A DNA stretch of 64,000 bases, from assembly GCA_004764695.1 (NCBI GenBank), contig SMSO01000008.1:930001-994000 (forward strand). The letters run 5' to 3'. Positions 35,526 through 46,338 of the stretch are shown here, one piece after another. The stretch comes from Schizochytrium sp. TIO01 (lineage: Eukaryota; Protista; Bigyra: Labyrinthulomycetes). The notes under the pieces are model-generated. The model saw only the letters and a program-made list of their open reading frames with translations. It did no database searches and was not told the origin of the DNA. Both the position numbers and the translations under genes were made by a program. How positions within the stretch are numbered: position 1 is the stretch's first letter; every line of letters starts with the position of its first letter.

Positions 35526-36428
35526 ATGATGCAGGCACGCGTGGTGAACTCTGCTCTTCGCTCCCGCACCCCTTCGTGGCGTACCTCGGGTGTTCTTTCC
35601 TCCACGGTGATCCCGTCGCTCTCAAACTTGAGCTCCGGCGGCGCCTTGGCGAACAATGACTCCTTGGTCGCCATGAGCTCCGTCATGCGCTCCATCAAGT
35701 CCAACTCCGGCCGCTTCATGAGCACCTCTGCGTCAGGCAATGGTGGCGAAGGCGAGGACAGCGAGGATGCTGAGGCTCGCTTGAAGGCGGAAGCTGAGCG
35801 TCTTCTTGCAGCTAAGAAGGAGTCAGAGTTGGCTCGCTTCGAGGCCGAGCGCGAGGCGTACAAAGTGGAGATGACCAAGCTCCGCAAGGTATGGAAAGAA
35901 GAGACCATGCGTAGCGTCCAAGCGCAGCTTAAGGACCGCGAGGAGCGTATTCGCAGGGGTGTGGATCGCCAGAAGGCCGAGGAGGATGCCTTCAAGGCTG
36001 AACAGGCCAAGGCTCTCGCAGAGCGCACCTCGCTGGAGCTGAGCGCTCTCGAGGTGTACCGTGAGACGTACGAGAAGGAACTCAATGAGAGACGTGCCCT
36101 TAAGATCGAGAAACGCCAGGAGGTCCTTGAGAAGCTTCGCAAGCGACAGGCTGAGGAGGAGGAGAGGAAGCAGGCCATGCTTGAGGCACTTGCGAATGAG
36201 GCGCACTTGTGGTTTACGAAGGAGGACTTGGTGAACGGCAGTCTTGACGAGAAACTGAGGGAGAGGCTTGTGAAGATCCAGCCCATCACCGCATCGTGGC
36301 AGAACGCCCTCCCAAAACACCACCACGACGATGCCAAGATGTTCATCACGGACGACTCAGAGATGATCTTCGATGAGGAGCTCCTCGAGGAGGCTATGCG
36401 TGCCGAGTCCACGGGACGTCTCGGGTAA
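35526..36428 (+). CDS. Mitochondrion-targeted coiled-coil protein, probably mitoribosomal mS26
   Basis: R/S-rich, acid-poor presequence followed by a long E/K/R helix. YKVEMTKLRKVWKEE and C-terminal EAHLWFTKEDL...LDEKL resemble mS26 features. Strong codon bias. The CDS is secure; the product call is less so. Confidence 0.6.
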   Translation: MMQARVVNSALRSRTPSWRTSGVLSSTVIPSLSNLSSGGALANNDSLVAMSSVMRSIKSNSGRFMSTSASGNGGEGEDSEDAEARLKAEAERLLAAKKESELARFEAEREAYKVEMTKLRKVWKEETMRSVQAQLKDREERIRRGVDRQKAEEDAFKAEQAKALAERTSLELSALEVYRETYEKELNERRALKIEKRQEVLEKLRKRQAEEEERKQAMLEALANEAHLWFTKEDLVNGSLDEKLRERLVKIQPITASWQNALPKHHHDDAKMFITDDSEMIFDEELLEEAMRAESTGRLG

Positions 36429-36469
36429 ATAAAAGGCCGGAGCTGCGCGAGAGGAAGCTCACAAACCTT

Positions 36470-36562
36470 CTTACTTACCTACCTACCTACCTACCCACCT
36501 ACGTACTTACTTACTTACCTACTTACTTACTACTTACCGATCGACCGACCGACCTACTTACC
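36470..36562. repeat. Mixed (CTTA/CCTA/CCGA)n tetranucleotide tract
   Basis: Read directly, just 3' of the 36428 stop. Confidence 0.85.
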
Positions 36563-37671
36563 TTTCTACATGCCTGCTGCTGGCTGCTCCCATGTCTTGT
36601 TATTCTCGTGCGGGTCTCCGTGACCTCCACGCCAAGGGCAAGTGCGATCTAAGCCGTCACTCTTTCCTTTGTTGCTTGTCTGCTTCCTGTGTCTCCAGGT
36701 TTTATCTCGTCCGTTCGCTACTATTCGCCCTTTCCCATTCGCCACTCGGCAACTCCTTCGGTGTTCTGGTTATTGCTCCTCTTCAAATGCTCAGACGTAT
36801 TGGCCCGCCCTTATTACTGCACTGATGATTGATTGATAATCTCGCTTGAAGCTCATCCGAATGACTGAATTTTGTTTTGTCATATTCGGACACTCACTGA
36901 TCCACCCATAGCTTGCTTTCTTCTTCGTTTTCTGCTTGGCATCCTTATTTTGCAAAGGCATGAAAGGATTTATTGCAGGGTTTGATAAATGCTCTTATGC
37001 GAGCATCTATATTGTTCTCATTGCCATTCAGCAACAATCACACTTGAGAGGAATTCAAATCAATGTGCATCTTCGCTGTGCAAAATGCTTCATTCAATGT
37101 CGTAATCACCAAGATGGCAATCAATATTACGGGAATTATTGCATCTTCTGTGCTGACGAGCAAAAGGAGAACCAAGTTTCTTCTTCATTTTGAATGTTCA
37201 GAATAAGGAGGGGTGCCCTAAGGCGACTGAACCAAAAACGCACAATCGTGTGTGGAGAAATACAAATGAGCGAAACGATGACCACGAGGCAGAAAGTAAC
37301 CCTTCATAGCAAAAAAAATAGAAAATAGAAAAAACACTTTAAAACGAGCGAGTCTCTCATGAGGTAGACTGCTCGCATAAACGATGATGATGATGATGAT
37401 GATGATAACGATACCTTTGCATGAGTCTTATCCGTTCCCTCGCCCCCCTTGTTCAACAACTAGCTGAATTCGCAGTGTGTCTTGATGTTAGATTCCATAC
37501 CGTTTGAGTGGCCACAGCATTTTCTGTCTGCATAAAAACAGGAAAAGGGTAATGAGCGATTTTACCGTCTGTCAAAAACGAAAATGACGTCGTTTGGAAA
37601 GTGCTAGATCAAGAAAAAAGAAATTCATAACTTTTAGACTAGTTTACTTTTCTTGAATATTTTCATAAACT

Positions 37672-40600
37672 TTATTTGCTACCATCATGATTATTTGCAG
37701 ACGTGGCTCCGCCCGTAGATTGATGAGTTGGCACGCCGATGAAATTACGGTCTACAGCACGTAAAAAACGAGCACGATAGCTATTCGGATCAATCACAGT
37801 AGGTTCAAGTTGGCCAGCTATCATACCAGCGCGCTTTACATTGGACTCAATCATCTTGTGAAGATTGTATACTTGCAAAAAGTCAATGATACCAACCTGC
37901 AATACCGGATTAGACCCATCATCTCCAGACGTCTCGCAACTCTCACAATTGCCATCATCATCACCACACTCCTCGAGACTCCTGTCACGAGAAGGAATTC
38001 CAAGCAGCAACGAGTAGTCCACAATCTCCTCGCGCTCAAGAAATTCAGTATCTCTTTCAACAGTTTCCCGAAGCTCACGTTTCGCTCCTTGAGTCAATGA
38101 TAATGGAACTCCATTTGTATACGCACGAAAGTTACGATCTAACAACACTTCACCTTTCTTTGGAGCAACCACCAAACGATTGCGAAAGTTGCCTTTTAAA
38201 TCAAATTTTGCTTCGTACAACTCATCAGGAGGGAAAAGGTTTTCCATAATAATGTAATGCGTCTTTGAAGCTTGACGCTCGGTGGTCGGTGCTGTCGTAG
38301 TTGTTGCTGCGCTAGATTCCTTCTCGGCAATACTGCCTGTCACAGAAGCCCCGGACGCTGGCACATGGTCTCCTGCTGCTGAAGCAAGGTCTGATAGATT
38401 TCCAGATGCGCCCCCGCCAACCTCGTCCTCCACACCCGCAGTAACGCTGCGGCGCAAACCCGACGTACCTGAAATCAGTTTCTTTGTGTCTGTTGCAGCA
38501 GCTGCCGCAGCAGAGGATGACGCCACAGGTCGCACAATACCAATCTCCCCCTTGGCTCGTTTCGCCGAGAAACTCGCTGATGAAGTCTCCGCACTCGCAA
38601 GGCCGCCAACAGTGGGAGTGAGTCGAGGAAGTAGTTGAGATGAAGGTTGATCCTCGCAGGTAGCATTTGTACCGACTGTGGAAATACTATCATCCTTCTC
38701 AAAACTCTTGGCATCAGCTCCAGCAAGCAGATCCAACGCGGAGTCAACAAGTGGATCTGATTGGTTCTTGCTTGAGGCAGTGGAATCTGGAGTGCCCGCG
38801 TCATCACGAGGTGGCGCCAAGGTCACTCGGCGGATTGCCTTACGAGGGCCCAAGGGTGGCGTTGGCGGAGCCTGCAGAACACGGAGAGCCTCCGCTGCGC
38901 GCTCGCCAGAAGAACCCAGAGGCGAGTCTGTTTGCCGTCGTAAAGAGTCGGACCCGGAGGATGGTTCACTTCGAGTCGAAATTTCCTTAGAAAATGCTTG
39001 CACAGAGTTGGCATCAAGATCAGCGAGGTTCAGCCGCGACGATACTTTAGAGCTCATTTGTTGAGCCAACGCTGACGGACCCTCCTTTGATGTGACAGTG
39101 TATACCCCCACAATCTTGAGCAAAGCACTTGGTTGGCGATTATCTCCAATATTTGCAAGATGCGAAAAGTAACTTGGTGCCAAAGCAAGAAACATGTCTA
39201 GCTCCATGGAAGAAATGGATTTGGCAATAAAACGCCCATCGCGACTCTTCAAAAACACTGACTTGGACTTGCCACCTGTTGCCTGCCAGTTATCACAGCG
39301 CGAAAGCGATTCAAGAAAGCTAATTTCGGGATCAACTCGACCACCCTTGGCTCGGCGCCAGTTCAAGTGACTCTGACGCAACGCATGGAAATGCAGGGCA
39401 CAATATACCTTGACAGAAAAGTGAAGATTCAACTGTTCCATGCCGTGCGAGTCATGGAAGTCAAGTGTTAACGCGTTGTTCTTGGGGTCAACGAGCTTGG
39501 CACGCATTACTTGTGACCACATCCCATTCTGGAAATTCTCCATTTGATTTTTTTCTTCGGCGAGAGCAAAAAGACGTTGCCGGTGTTCTTGAGAGTTCAA
39601 CGCATACGCAATCCAAGACGTAGGCTCTTCATCATAGACGAATACCACACGGTTGCCGAAACCCGATGGGAGACCCGGGCGACCTCTCAACATAAATCCA
39701 AGAGGCAAATCAACGGGTGATAAGAGCTTGCCTACGGCTATATTTTCTTGGAATACTTGCAAATTGCGAAACGAATGCCCATCTTGGTCCTTCTTTCCTT
39801 GCGCAGATGCAGTGACTAGATCTAAAGATCGCATGCCTCGGTGCGTTGGGAGGCCTCCAGATCGCGTCTTTAGTTTTTGCAGAGGTACGCTGGCAGACCT
39901 GGAGAGGTCAAGAGGCTCTGGGAGACTCAATGTCTCGTGCTCTTCGTGGTCAATTGCAAGTTCATCTCCGTTACTTTCTGCCTCCTCTTCACTTAGCTGA
40001 TGTTGCTGCTCTTCATCATCGCCCTCCACTTGCTGTTGCCCATCCCCTTGTGGAGACTTGATCGCATTGGCTGTTTCATACTCTCCCTTGTTTGGAGTAG
40101 TAGTAGGAGCAGCAGCAGCAGCAGCGGTGGCAGCACTCAAAGCTTCTAAAGTAAGCGAAGTTTCGCTGGGCATCATCGCTGATTGCTCTACTTCATCCAT
40201 ATCGCCATCGGAAAAGGTGCGCGATCGCCCCATGTCATTGCGAGGTGGGAGCAAAAGACTTTGCTCCGTGATGAAGTCTCGCACCGAACCGAGCTCCTTA
40301 TTCCAACGCTCCACACGGCGAATAACATCGCGGCGAATGCGATATAATTCAAGGATATTCAACTCGAACATGTTTTCTTCCTGCTTGAGACATTTACGCA
40401 TATCTTCAAGCCCTAAACGAATATCCTGCACAAGTTGTTCAGCTCGAGCATGGCATGCCTCAGACGGCCCAAATTCGTCCACGTACTTGTAAAGCTTCTT
40501 ATCCAGAAATGCCTGTTCTACAGCGCGCAAGGTTTCAACAAGCTCATCACGCTTGAGGCGTAAAGTCTCTGTCACCCAGCGTTCCGCATAGTTCGGAAGG

Positions 40601-43600
40601 CACCGGGGTACTTCAGGGTCAACAGCATATAGACTTGTCTCATACGGAACTAGATTCTCGTACTCAAAACCAGCGACCTGACCTTTGAGCTCAAAATATG
40701 TTACATAGTCCTGGAAAATAGAATGTTTGCATGGTGAAACAGAGCTTGCTAATAGTGAGCTCACATTACGGGCCCTATAAAACAGTTTAATCTGCAGCCA
40801 ACGCGCAAACGAGAGACTCTCAGCATCCTTTGATAGTACCTTATACTCCGTAATAGCATCGCACTTAAGGCACTCGGACCAAGTGAGAATTGGAAGGTTC
40901 TTGATGGGCAGCGCCCGTGAACGTCGGTTCGACTCAGAGTTTTGTAAGCGTCGAATACCACTTGCAACGTACTCTCGACGAATGTTTGCAAGACTGTCAC
41001 GCAAAGAGGCATGAGTCTCATCATTCTTATTTAGTGAGCCTGTAAAAACATACACTCGGCCATCATCAACACAAAAGACAGCATCCGCAACACCTGCAGG
41101 TGCACCAAACGGGCCACCAAAATCGTTTGACTCAAAACCTTGTGAAAACTCCCCAGCAGCCCCTGAATTGTCTTGCGGAACACCTGTTGTGGGGCGATCA
41201 ACGTCTTCTGTGCCCTCAGTTGGGTTGCGACCCTTTACATTTAGCTGGCTCGAGCCTATTGCCCGTGACCCATTGGAGCTATTGTTGGTATTACTGTCAT
41301 TTCCGAGTGTCCCAGTTCCATCAGTGCTATTTCCAAGCCCGGAACTAGAGTCCTGTGTTTGGCCAGGCACGCGAGGAGTTACCCCTGTGGCTGCAGGTGC
41401 AGCTGCCCCGTTGCTTGTCACAGCACTTGTTGAAGGGCGCTGTCGTTGAACACTTGGCGCTGTCTTAAAACAGCGATACCTCAAATAATCTCCTAGCGTG
41501 AGATCGCTACCAATCGTACCAAAGCTCAAACTTTTGGTTTCTGCAGGGTGCATTTGATCCTTCTCACAAATAGAAACTTTGCAAACTTGAATATAGTCAG
41601 CCTCAAGCAAATGATCTTCTTGCAATAACAGGGACGGCTTAACAATTCGATCCTCGCCAATATAAACACCAATGTCCCGAAATAATCGATTTTGCTGTTT
41701 CATTGTATAGGTAGTAGTAATCATGCTTGTTAAGATGGCCTCCATATGACGAAGTGTCGTTGGACTTGCACCACGAAGGCAGATCGAAGCGCCGAGCCTT
41801 GGTGGGCAACCCTCAAAGAACATAAACGTTTTACGAGGTGGGCCCCGCATCGTTCGAGGGGTAATTTGCTCTAGCTGTTCCCCCTTTTGAGCCTCGGTAA
41901 GTTTCGTTGAAAATGTACGCATTGTCCATACTTTACATGTGCCACGAGGATCCCATTCATCCAAACTGTCTGCATTGTTGGGTAGAATGGACATGAGATC
42001 TGTATTTGGCAAGACATAGGCGCCAGTCAGTCGGGATATTCGCTCAAGCAGACGCATTTGCACATTAATAACCACTGAAACACCTGCGTCAAGAAGAAGT
42101 CGTTGCGCAATACGTGACACGCTGCTGCCTACCAGTAAGAGGTCTACACCCATGGATGTGATTTTGTGCACAACGAGCTCCATGTAGTGCCTCTCTTGCT
42201 CACGGAGGGTATCTAGTGAACTAATACGGTTTCGTTCTCGAGAAAATTCAATGGCGCCTTCAAGGAGCAAAATGCGTGGTTGGACAATATGTTGACGCAT
42301 GAGACGGTGCACCACGTGTTTATCACAAATAACGCCATTAAGAAGAGTGCACTCGCTGATACTGCCTCCGGGGATAGAAACTAGCTTGCAGTACCCATCA
42401 AAGTCCATGTTGTAGGGCCGCACAGCGCCACAAAATTGCTTGCTAATCCGGGTTAGGGTGTTTTTCCACTCGCTTTGGACATCCTCAGAAAGAATTATGC
42501 TTGGTCTTTTATCACGAAGAGATGAAACGCGTTTTGTAACAAGTCGCTGTACCGCGCGATCAAGTCGTTTGGTGAGAAGATCTTTTTGGAAACGTGACAG
42601 GGCTTCCTTGTCGCCAATTTTTGAACCTTCAGCTACCTCGTGCTCTTTAATCAAATTATTGACAGATTGGGGAGGGTCAGAGAGTTGGGTCTGTGAGTTA
42701 TTGCGCTTGAAGCTACTACTACGCATCTTATCGTCCATTAGATCAAATTTTTCACGAGGCTTCCCATCCCAGCTGTTGCTACGCAATCTTGAAGATAGGG
42801 ATCCTGAGCGGGACATCGTGGCTCGCTTACTGAACCGACTTGGGCCAAGTCTTGTGACACCAGCAGCGCCTGTGCCATCATCATCCATGTTAAGAATATC
42901 CACAAGATCCATTGGCTCTAAGAGCCGCCGACTTGAAGCGCGGCCTGATTTGGGCATGATCGTCCGTGTGCTCCGACTAAGCTTGTCACGGTTGCCCAAA
43001 GAAACGATGCGAGGGTTCTCCTTCACTTTTGATTCCACTGGTGGCGAGGGTGGCGCAGGCAGCCGGCGCGTGTTGTCCTCATCATTTGTGTCGACATCGT
43101 CTTCTTCATCGTCGTCATCATAGTGAGCCAACGCCGAGAGAGAACGTGTCTCATGCGCGTCCTGACTTGAGTGGTCGCGGCGAAAATGCCGCGACGAATG
43201 TTGGTGTTGCGTAGACGAATTCCCATGTGTAGCGCCTGTCTTTTGCCCATGATGATTATGATTATGGTTGTGATTGTGATGATGAAAGTGATGTGGGTGG
43301 TGGTGATGGTGATTCGAGAGATCTTTGTGGTCAGTCGAACGACTTGCTGTATCATCATCGTCGTCGTTCTCATCATCAACATAGTCCTCAAGCTCACTTT
43401 GATGTTGTGTAGACCCCTGACGTTGAAGTCTGTGCATATGATGGCGCTCGTCACGAGTAAGCCCATCTTTGACCCGTTTTGCATAGTTGTAGCACTCATC
43501 ACAGACTCTGACCTGACCCGAGAGGCCATAGTCTGCACCGTCGAGCCTTTTCGTAGTACAGCTTCCGCAGAAGATAAATCCACACGCTCTACAGTGATGC

Positions 43601-44184
43601 CTCCTTAGTAGCATTGTGAACGGTGCCTCACAGTTGCAACATGCCTTGGCTGCACTGTCATCCATCCAGAACAGCTTTGAGTTGCGCCGATTACGAAACA
43701 CCCTTGGGTGACCTGGCTCTGCTCCGTCATCCGCTGAGTGCAACATGTCCGCATTCCTCAATTTTTGAGTGCGGTTCGTGCCTGTACCATCTTCGCTATC
43801 CTCTAGGATATCAAAAGCCACATGTCGGTTTCTTTGGGTGCCACTTCTCTCTGGGGATTCTGATCCTGCTTCGGCGCTGCCAAATCCATACCCTGCGTCA
43901 ATCTTGGCAGCATCACCGAGTTCTCCAGAGCCTCCAATTTGCCAGTTTCCTTCTCCTGTGAGCCAAGATCTCGACGCTGGTTTTGATGTTTGTTTGCTTG
44001 CATCTATGGAAGAGTTTATTGTATCGTCAACAGGTCCTCCACGAGAAAGCAGAGGCTTAACCCAGGATCCCGGTGTTGAGCTCATGAATGCCGTGGCGGC
44101 AGAAATTGTAGCTGGGGCGGTACTGGGACCGCTGTTGCCGCCTCCATCCCCCGTGAGGAGCCCCGCGAAGCTCTCGTAATCCAT
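37672..44184 (-). CDS. FAB1: Fab1/PIKfyve phosphatidylinositol-3-phosphate 5-kinase, 2170 aa, single ORF
   Basis: FYVE domain (FWMDD...CCNC...RRHHCRACGFIFCGSC...VRVCDEC), CCT/TCP1-like domain (IPGGSISEC...PRILLLEGAIEF), Cys-rich region, PIPK motifs GGKSKS, MENLF, FDLKG, DYSLL, GIIDFL, PTVIDP. Confidence 0.95.
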   Translation of the reverse strand: MDYESFAGLLTGDGGGNSGPSTAPATISAATAFMSSTPGSWVKPLLSRGGPVDDTINSSIDASKQTSKPASRSWLTGEGNWQIGGSGELGDAAKIDAGYGFGSAEAGSESPERSGTQRNRHVAFDILEDSEDGTGTNRTQKLRNADMLHSADDGAEPGHPRVFRNRRNSKLFWMDDSAAKACCNCEAPFTMLLRRHHCRACGFIFCGSCTTKRLDGADYGLSGQVRVCDECYNYAKRVKDGLTRDERHHMHRLQRQGSTQHQSELEDYVDDENDDDDDTASRSTDHKDLSNHHHHHPHHFHHHNHNHNHNHHGQKTGATHGNSSTQHQHSSRHFRRDHSSQDAHETRSLSALAHYDDDDEEDDVDTNDEDNTRRLPAPPSPPVESKVKENPRIVSLGNRDKLSRSTRTIMPKSGRASSRRLLEPMDLVDILNMDDDGTGAAGVTRLGPSRFSKRATMSRSGSLSSRLRSNSWDGKPREKFDLMDDKMRSSSFKRNNSQTQLSDPPQSVNNLIKEHEVAEGSKIGDKEALSRFQKDLLTKRLDRAVQRLVTKRVSSLRDKRPSIILSEDVQSEWKNTLTRISKQFCGAVRPYNMDFDGYCKLVSIPGGSISECTLLNGVICDKHVVHRLMRQHIVQPRILLLEGAIEFSRERNRISSLDTLREQERHYMELVVHKITSMGVDLLLVGSSVSRIAQRLLLDAGVSVVINVQMRLLERISRLTGAYVLPNTDLMSILPNNADSLDEWDPRGTCKVWTMRTFSTKLTEAQKGEQLEQITPRTMRGPPRKTFMFFEGCPPRLGASICLRGASPTTLRHMEAILTSMITTTYTMKQQNRLFRDIGVYIGEDRIVKPSLLLQEDHLLEADYIQVCKVSICEKDQMHPAETKSLSFGTIGSDLTLGDYLRYRCFKTAPSVQRQRPSTSAVTSNGAAAPAATGVTPRVPGQTQDSSSGLGNSTDGTGTLGNDSNTNNSSNGSRAIGSSQLNVKGRNPTEGTEDVDRPTTGVPQDNSGAAGEFSQGFESNDFGGPFGAPAGVADAVFCVDDGRVYVFTGSLNKNDETHASLRDSLANIRREYVASGIRRLQNSESNRRSRALPIKNLPILTWSECLKCDAITEYKVLSKDAESLSFARWLQIKLFYRARNVSSLLASSVSPCKHSIFQDYVTYFELKGQVAGFEYENLVPYETSLYAVDPEVPRCLPNYAERWVTETLRLKRDELVETLRAVEQAFLDKKLYKYVDEFGPSEACHARAEQLVQDIRLGLEDMRKCLKQEENMFELNILELYRIRRDVIRRVERWNKELGSVRDFITEQSLLLPPRNDMGRSRTFSDGDMDEVEQSAMMPSETSLTLEALSAATAAAAAAPTTTPNKGEYETANAIKSPQGDGQQQVEGDDEEQQHQLSEEEAESNGDELAIDHEEHETLSLPEPLDLSRSASVPLQKLKTRSGGLPTHRGMRSLDLVTASAQGKKDQDGHSFRNLQVFQENIAVGKLLSPVDLPLGFMLRGRPGLPSGFGNRVVFVYDEEPTSWIAYALNSQEHRQRLFALAEEKNQMENFQNGMWSQVMRAKLVDPKNNALTLDFHDSHGMEQLNLHFSVKVYCALHFHALRQSHLNWRRAKGGRVDPEISFLESLSRCDNWQATGGKSKSVFLKSRDGRFIAKSISSMELDMFLALAPSYFSHLANIGDNRQPSALLKIVGVYTVTSKEGPSALAQQMSSKVSSRLNLADLDANSVQAFSKEISTRSEPSSGSDSLRRQTDSPLGSSGERAAEALRVLQAPPTPPLGPRKAIRRVTLAPPRDDAGTPDSTASSKNQSDPLVDSALDLLAGADAKSFEKDDSISTVGTNATCEDQPSSQLLPRLTPTVGGLASAETSSASFSAKRAKGEIGIVRPVASSSAAAAAATDTKKLISGTSGLRRSVTAGVEDEVGGGASGNLSDLASAAGDHVPASGASVTGSIAEKESSAATTTTAPTTERQASKTHYIIMENLFPPDELYEAKFDLKGNFRNRLVVAPKKGEVLLDRNFRAYTNGVPLSLTQGAKRELRETVERDTEFLEREEIVDYSLLLGIPSRDRSLEECGDDDGNCESCETSGDDGSNPVLQVGIIDFLQVYNLHKMIESNVKRAGMIAGQLEPTVIDPNSYRARFLRAVDRNFIGVPTHQSTGGATSANNHDGSK

Positions 44185-45489
44185 AGTGTGCAGAGCTCCG
44201 CTTCCTGAGAGCGGCAGGAAGGCCTTCAGCCTGCTCGGCTGTTTGGATTTTGACTACTAGTACTATATTTCCATTTCTTTCTTATTTAGCAAGTTACTCT
44301 CTTCTTTTTATTATGAAAGAGTCTTTTATGACCACATCTCTTACTGCTTTCCAAATTAGCACGGAAGCTAACGATCGCCCACGTCGTGTTTGTGCTGCAA
44401 GAGCGCAACTTCGAAAATCATTTCACTCTCTACCTTCGGAATAGAGTGGAGTGAATGTGTTGGTCTATTAAGTTTTTACTGCCCTAGCTCTGGTTTTGGC
44501 GTGTACGTACTTATAGAAAACATGATACGGATATTACAGTAGAACAATTCCAACGTGTTTGTCTAGGCACTAGACCCGAATGCCGATTAGTTAGAAATGA
44601 AACTTCGGACTACATTTACTTACCGGATTACAGCTATCGCTATACCACGCCTTTCGTTCCTGACACATTTATAGTATCAGCCTCGATACCAGGTGTAGTT
44701 CCAAACGATTGAAAACAAGCAAATACAGAGGGCTCCGTTCGTTTGAAGCATCGGATTTCTCCATACAAAAACGTAAGCTATTATTGATTTTGCACTACTC
44801 TTCTATAACAATCTAGACGAGGCAGCGATCAACGAATTGAGCAAGCCTGTACTCGGTACCTGCATTTGTTGTTTTTCATGTATGATTTTAAAGGCACCGC
44901 GATGCTCACAATCGTTACAAAGTGTGTACGTATTATGTGTCCTAGATTCCTAAACAAAACTGATACTTTAAAAGCGCATTCAGAGAAAAAACGACAGGAG
45001 CGAGTGTTGTGGCTTTATTTTGAGATTTGATGCGAATCATTTTGCACAAAGCATGCGATGTTGATATTTGCCTTGGAACGTCGTATGATTAAGGATCCAC
45101 GTGGCTCGCTGCGTGGATAAACCTCAATCACTATGTCCTCTTCGGATGGTGCTGTTTATCCATCCTTCCTGTCATAGAATCCGACGAACGAATGTTAGTG
45201 GATAATGCGGCTATCCAGACGGTGTGGTTGTCGTCAAGTTGGACGATAATTGTTTGAAGAGGAAGGTTAGGATGGATGCTTTGTGCCTGCATGTTGCGAC
45301 GCAGTTCTTCCCATTCGGGCTATTGCCTTATGGTGGGCCCATGGAGACTACTAATGCACAATGCCTCCACTCAAGGGCGTACTAAAACCACTACTTTCTA
45401 AAATGTGTTTGTATTTCGGGGGCAAGTTGAGGCTTTGATTTCAATTCAATTTCAATTTTAATTTATTAATCGACAAACGCAAAGAGTTT

Positions 45490-45800
45490 TCACAAGCAGT
45501 ATTATCACCTGCGATCATCTTGTCACTTGCTCCAGTCCTGACCATGCCGAAGGCAATCACCCACAACATTTGATTGGAATATCATTGTGTGCAACGCCAC
45601 GCTCGTGCACAGATGACAGTGCTGCACGCGCCTTACGCTTGATGCCACTTGTGATTGCGGCTTTCGGTACCCGAGAAAGTACATCGCCGTAGTACATGTC
45701 TCCAATGAGTAAATAACTTGAACAAGCACTCCACGATAAATGTTCTTGAAAATCCTGTTTGAAGTTCAATGGCAGTTACTAACCTCCAGAGGTCTTCGAG
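45490..45800 (-). pseudogene. Degenerate protein-kinase C-lobe fragment
   Basis: ARAALSSVHERGVAHNDI (catalytic-loop-like) followed, after a frameshift, by WVIAFG (a DFG-like remnant). No intact frame. Confidence 0.4.
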
Positions 45801-46338
45801 GGTATCGCAGTGGCCCTAGTGTGATTTTGAAGAGCGCCGATGCGAGAGCCTATGATGTGGATGCAACTCTGGCTTGTGTGAGAGCATTAAAGATGGCGGT
45901 TACAGAGGTTGCACAACAAACGTGTCGAGTCGGTCTCTTATATCTTTGCGGCTCTGAGTGCGTTCTCTGTGCGTCCCAAACGGGTTTAAAAAGACTTTCA
46001 CGAGGGTCTCTCGGATGACTGGTCGGAGGATGCTGCCAATTGCGTAGAAAGCAATCAATGTGAAACCACTTTTCGAGTAGACTTTGTGTGTTACGGACTC
46101 GACTAGCTTGCAGAAAAGGAGTTAAAAAAGGGGAACTTTAAGGTGAAGCTTAATTTACACTTAGACACAGTGAGAACTTTAAATAGATCATGAGCAGCTC
46201 AGGAAGATGAAATGGCGCCAAAAGAAATTAACAAGCAATACTTCGGGGTCAGGGGATATATGTACACATTTTCTTGTTTCGTAATGCCTTAAAACTAGGA
46301 TTTGAGATAGAAGGGCTTGGCAACAAAGACTGGAGTGA

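Noticed and set aside
35513-36412. 299-aa antisense ORF over the mS26-like gene
   Set aside because: A Ser/Arg-rich shadow frame expected from strong GC3 codon bias in an E/K/A-rich sense gene; no independent features.
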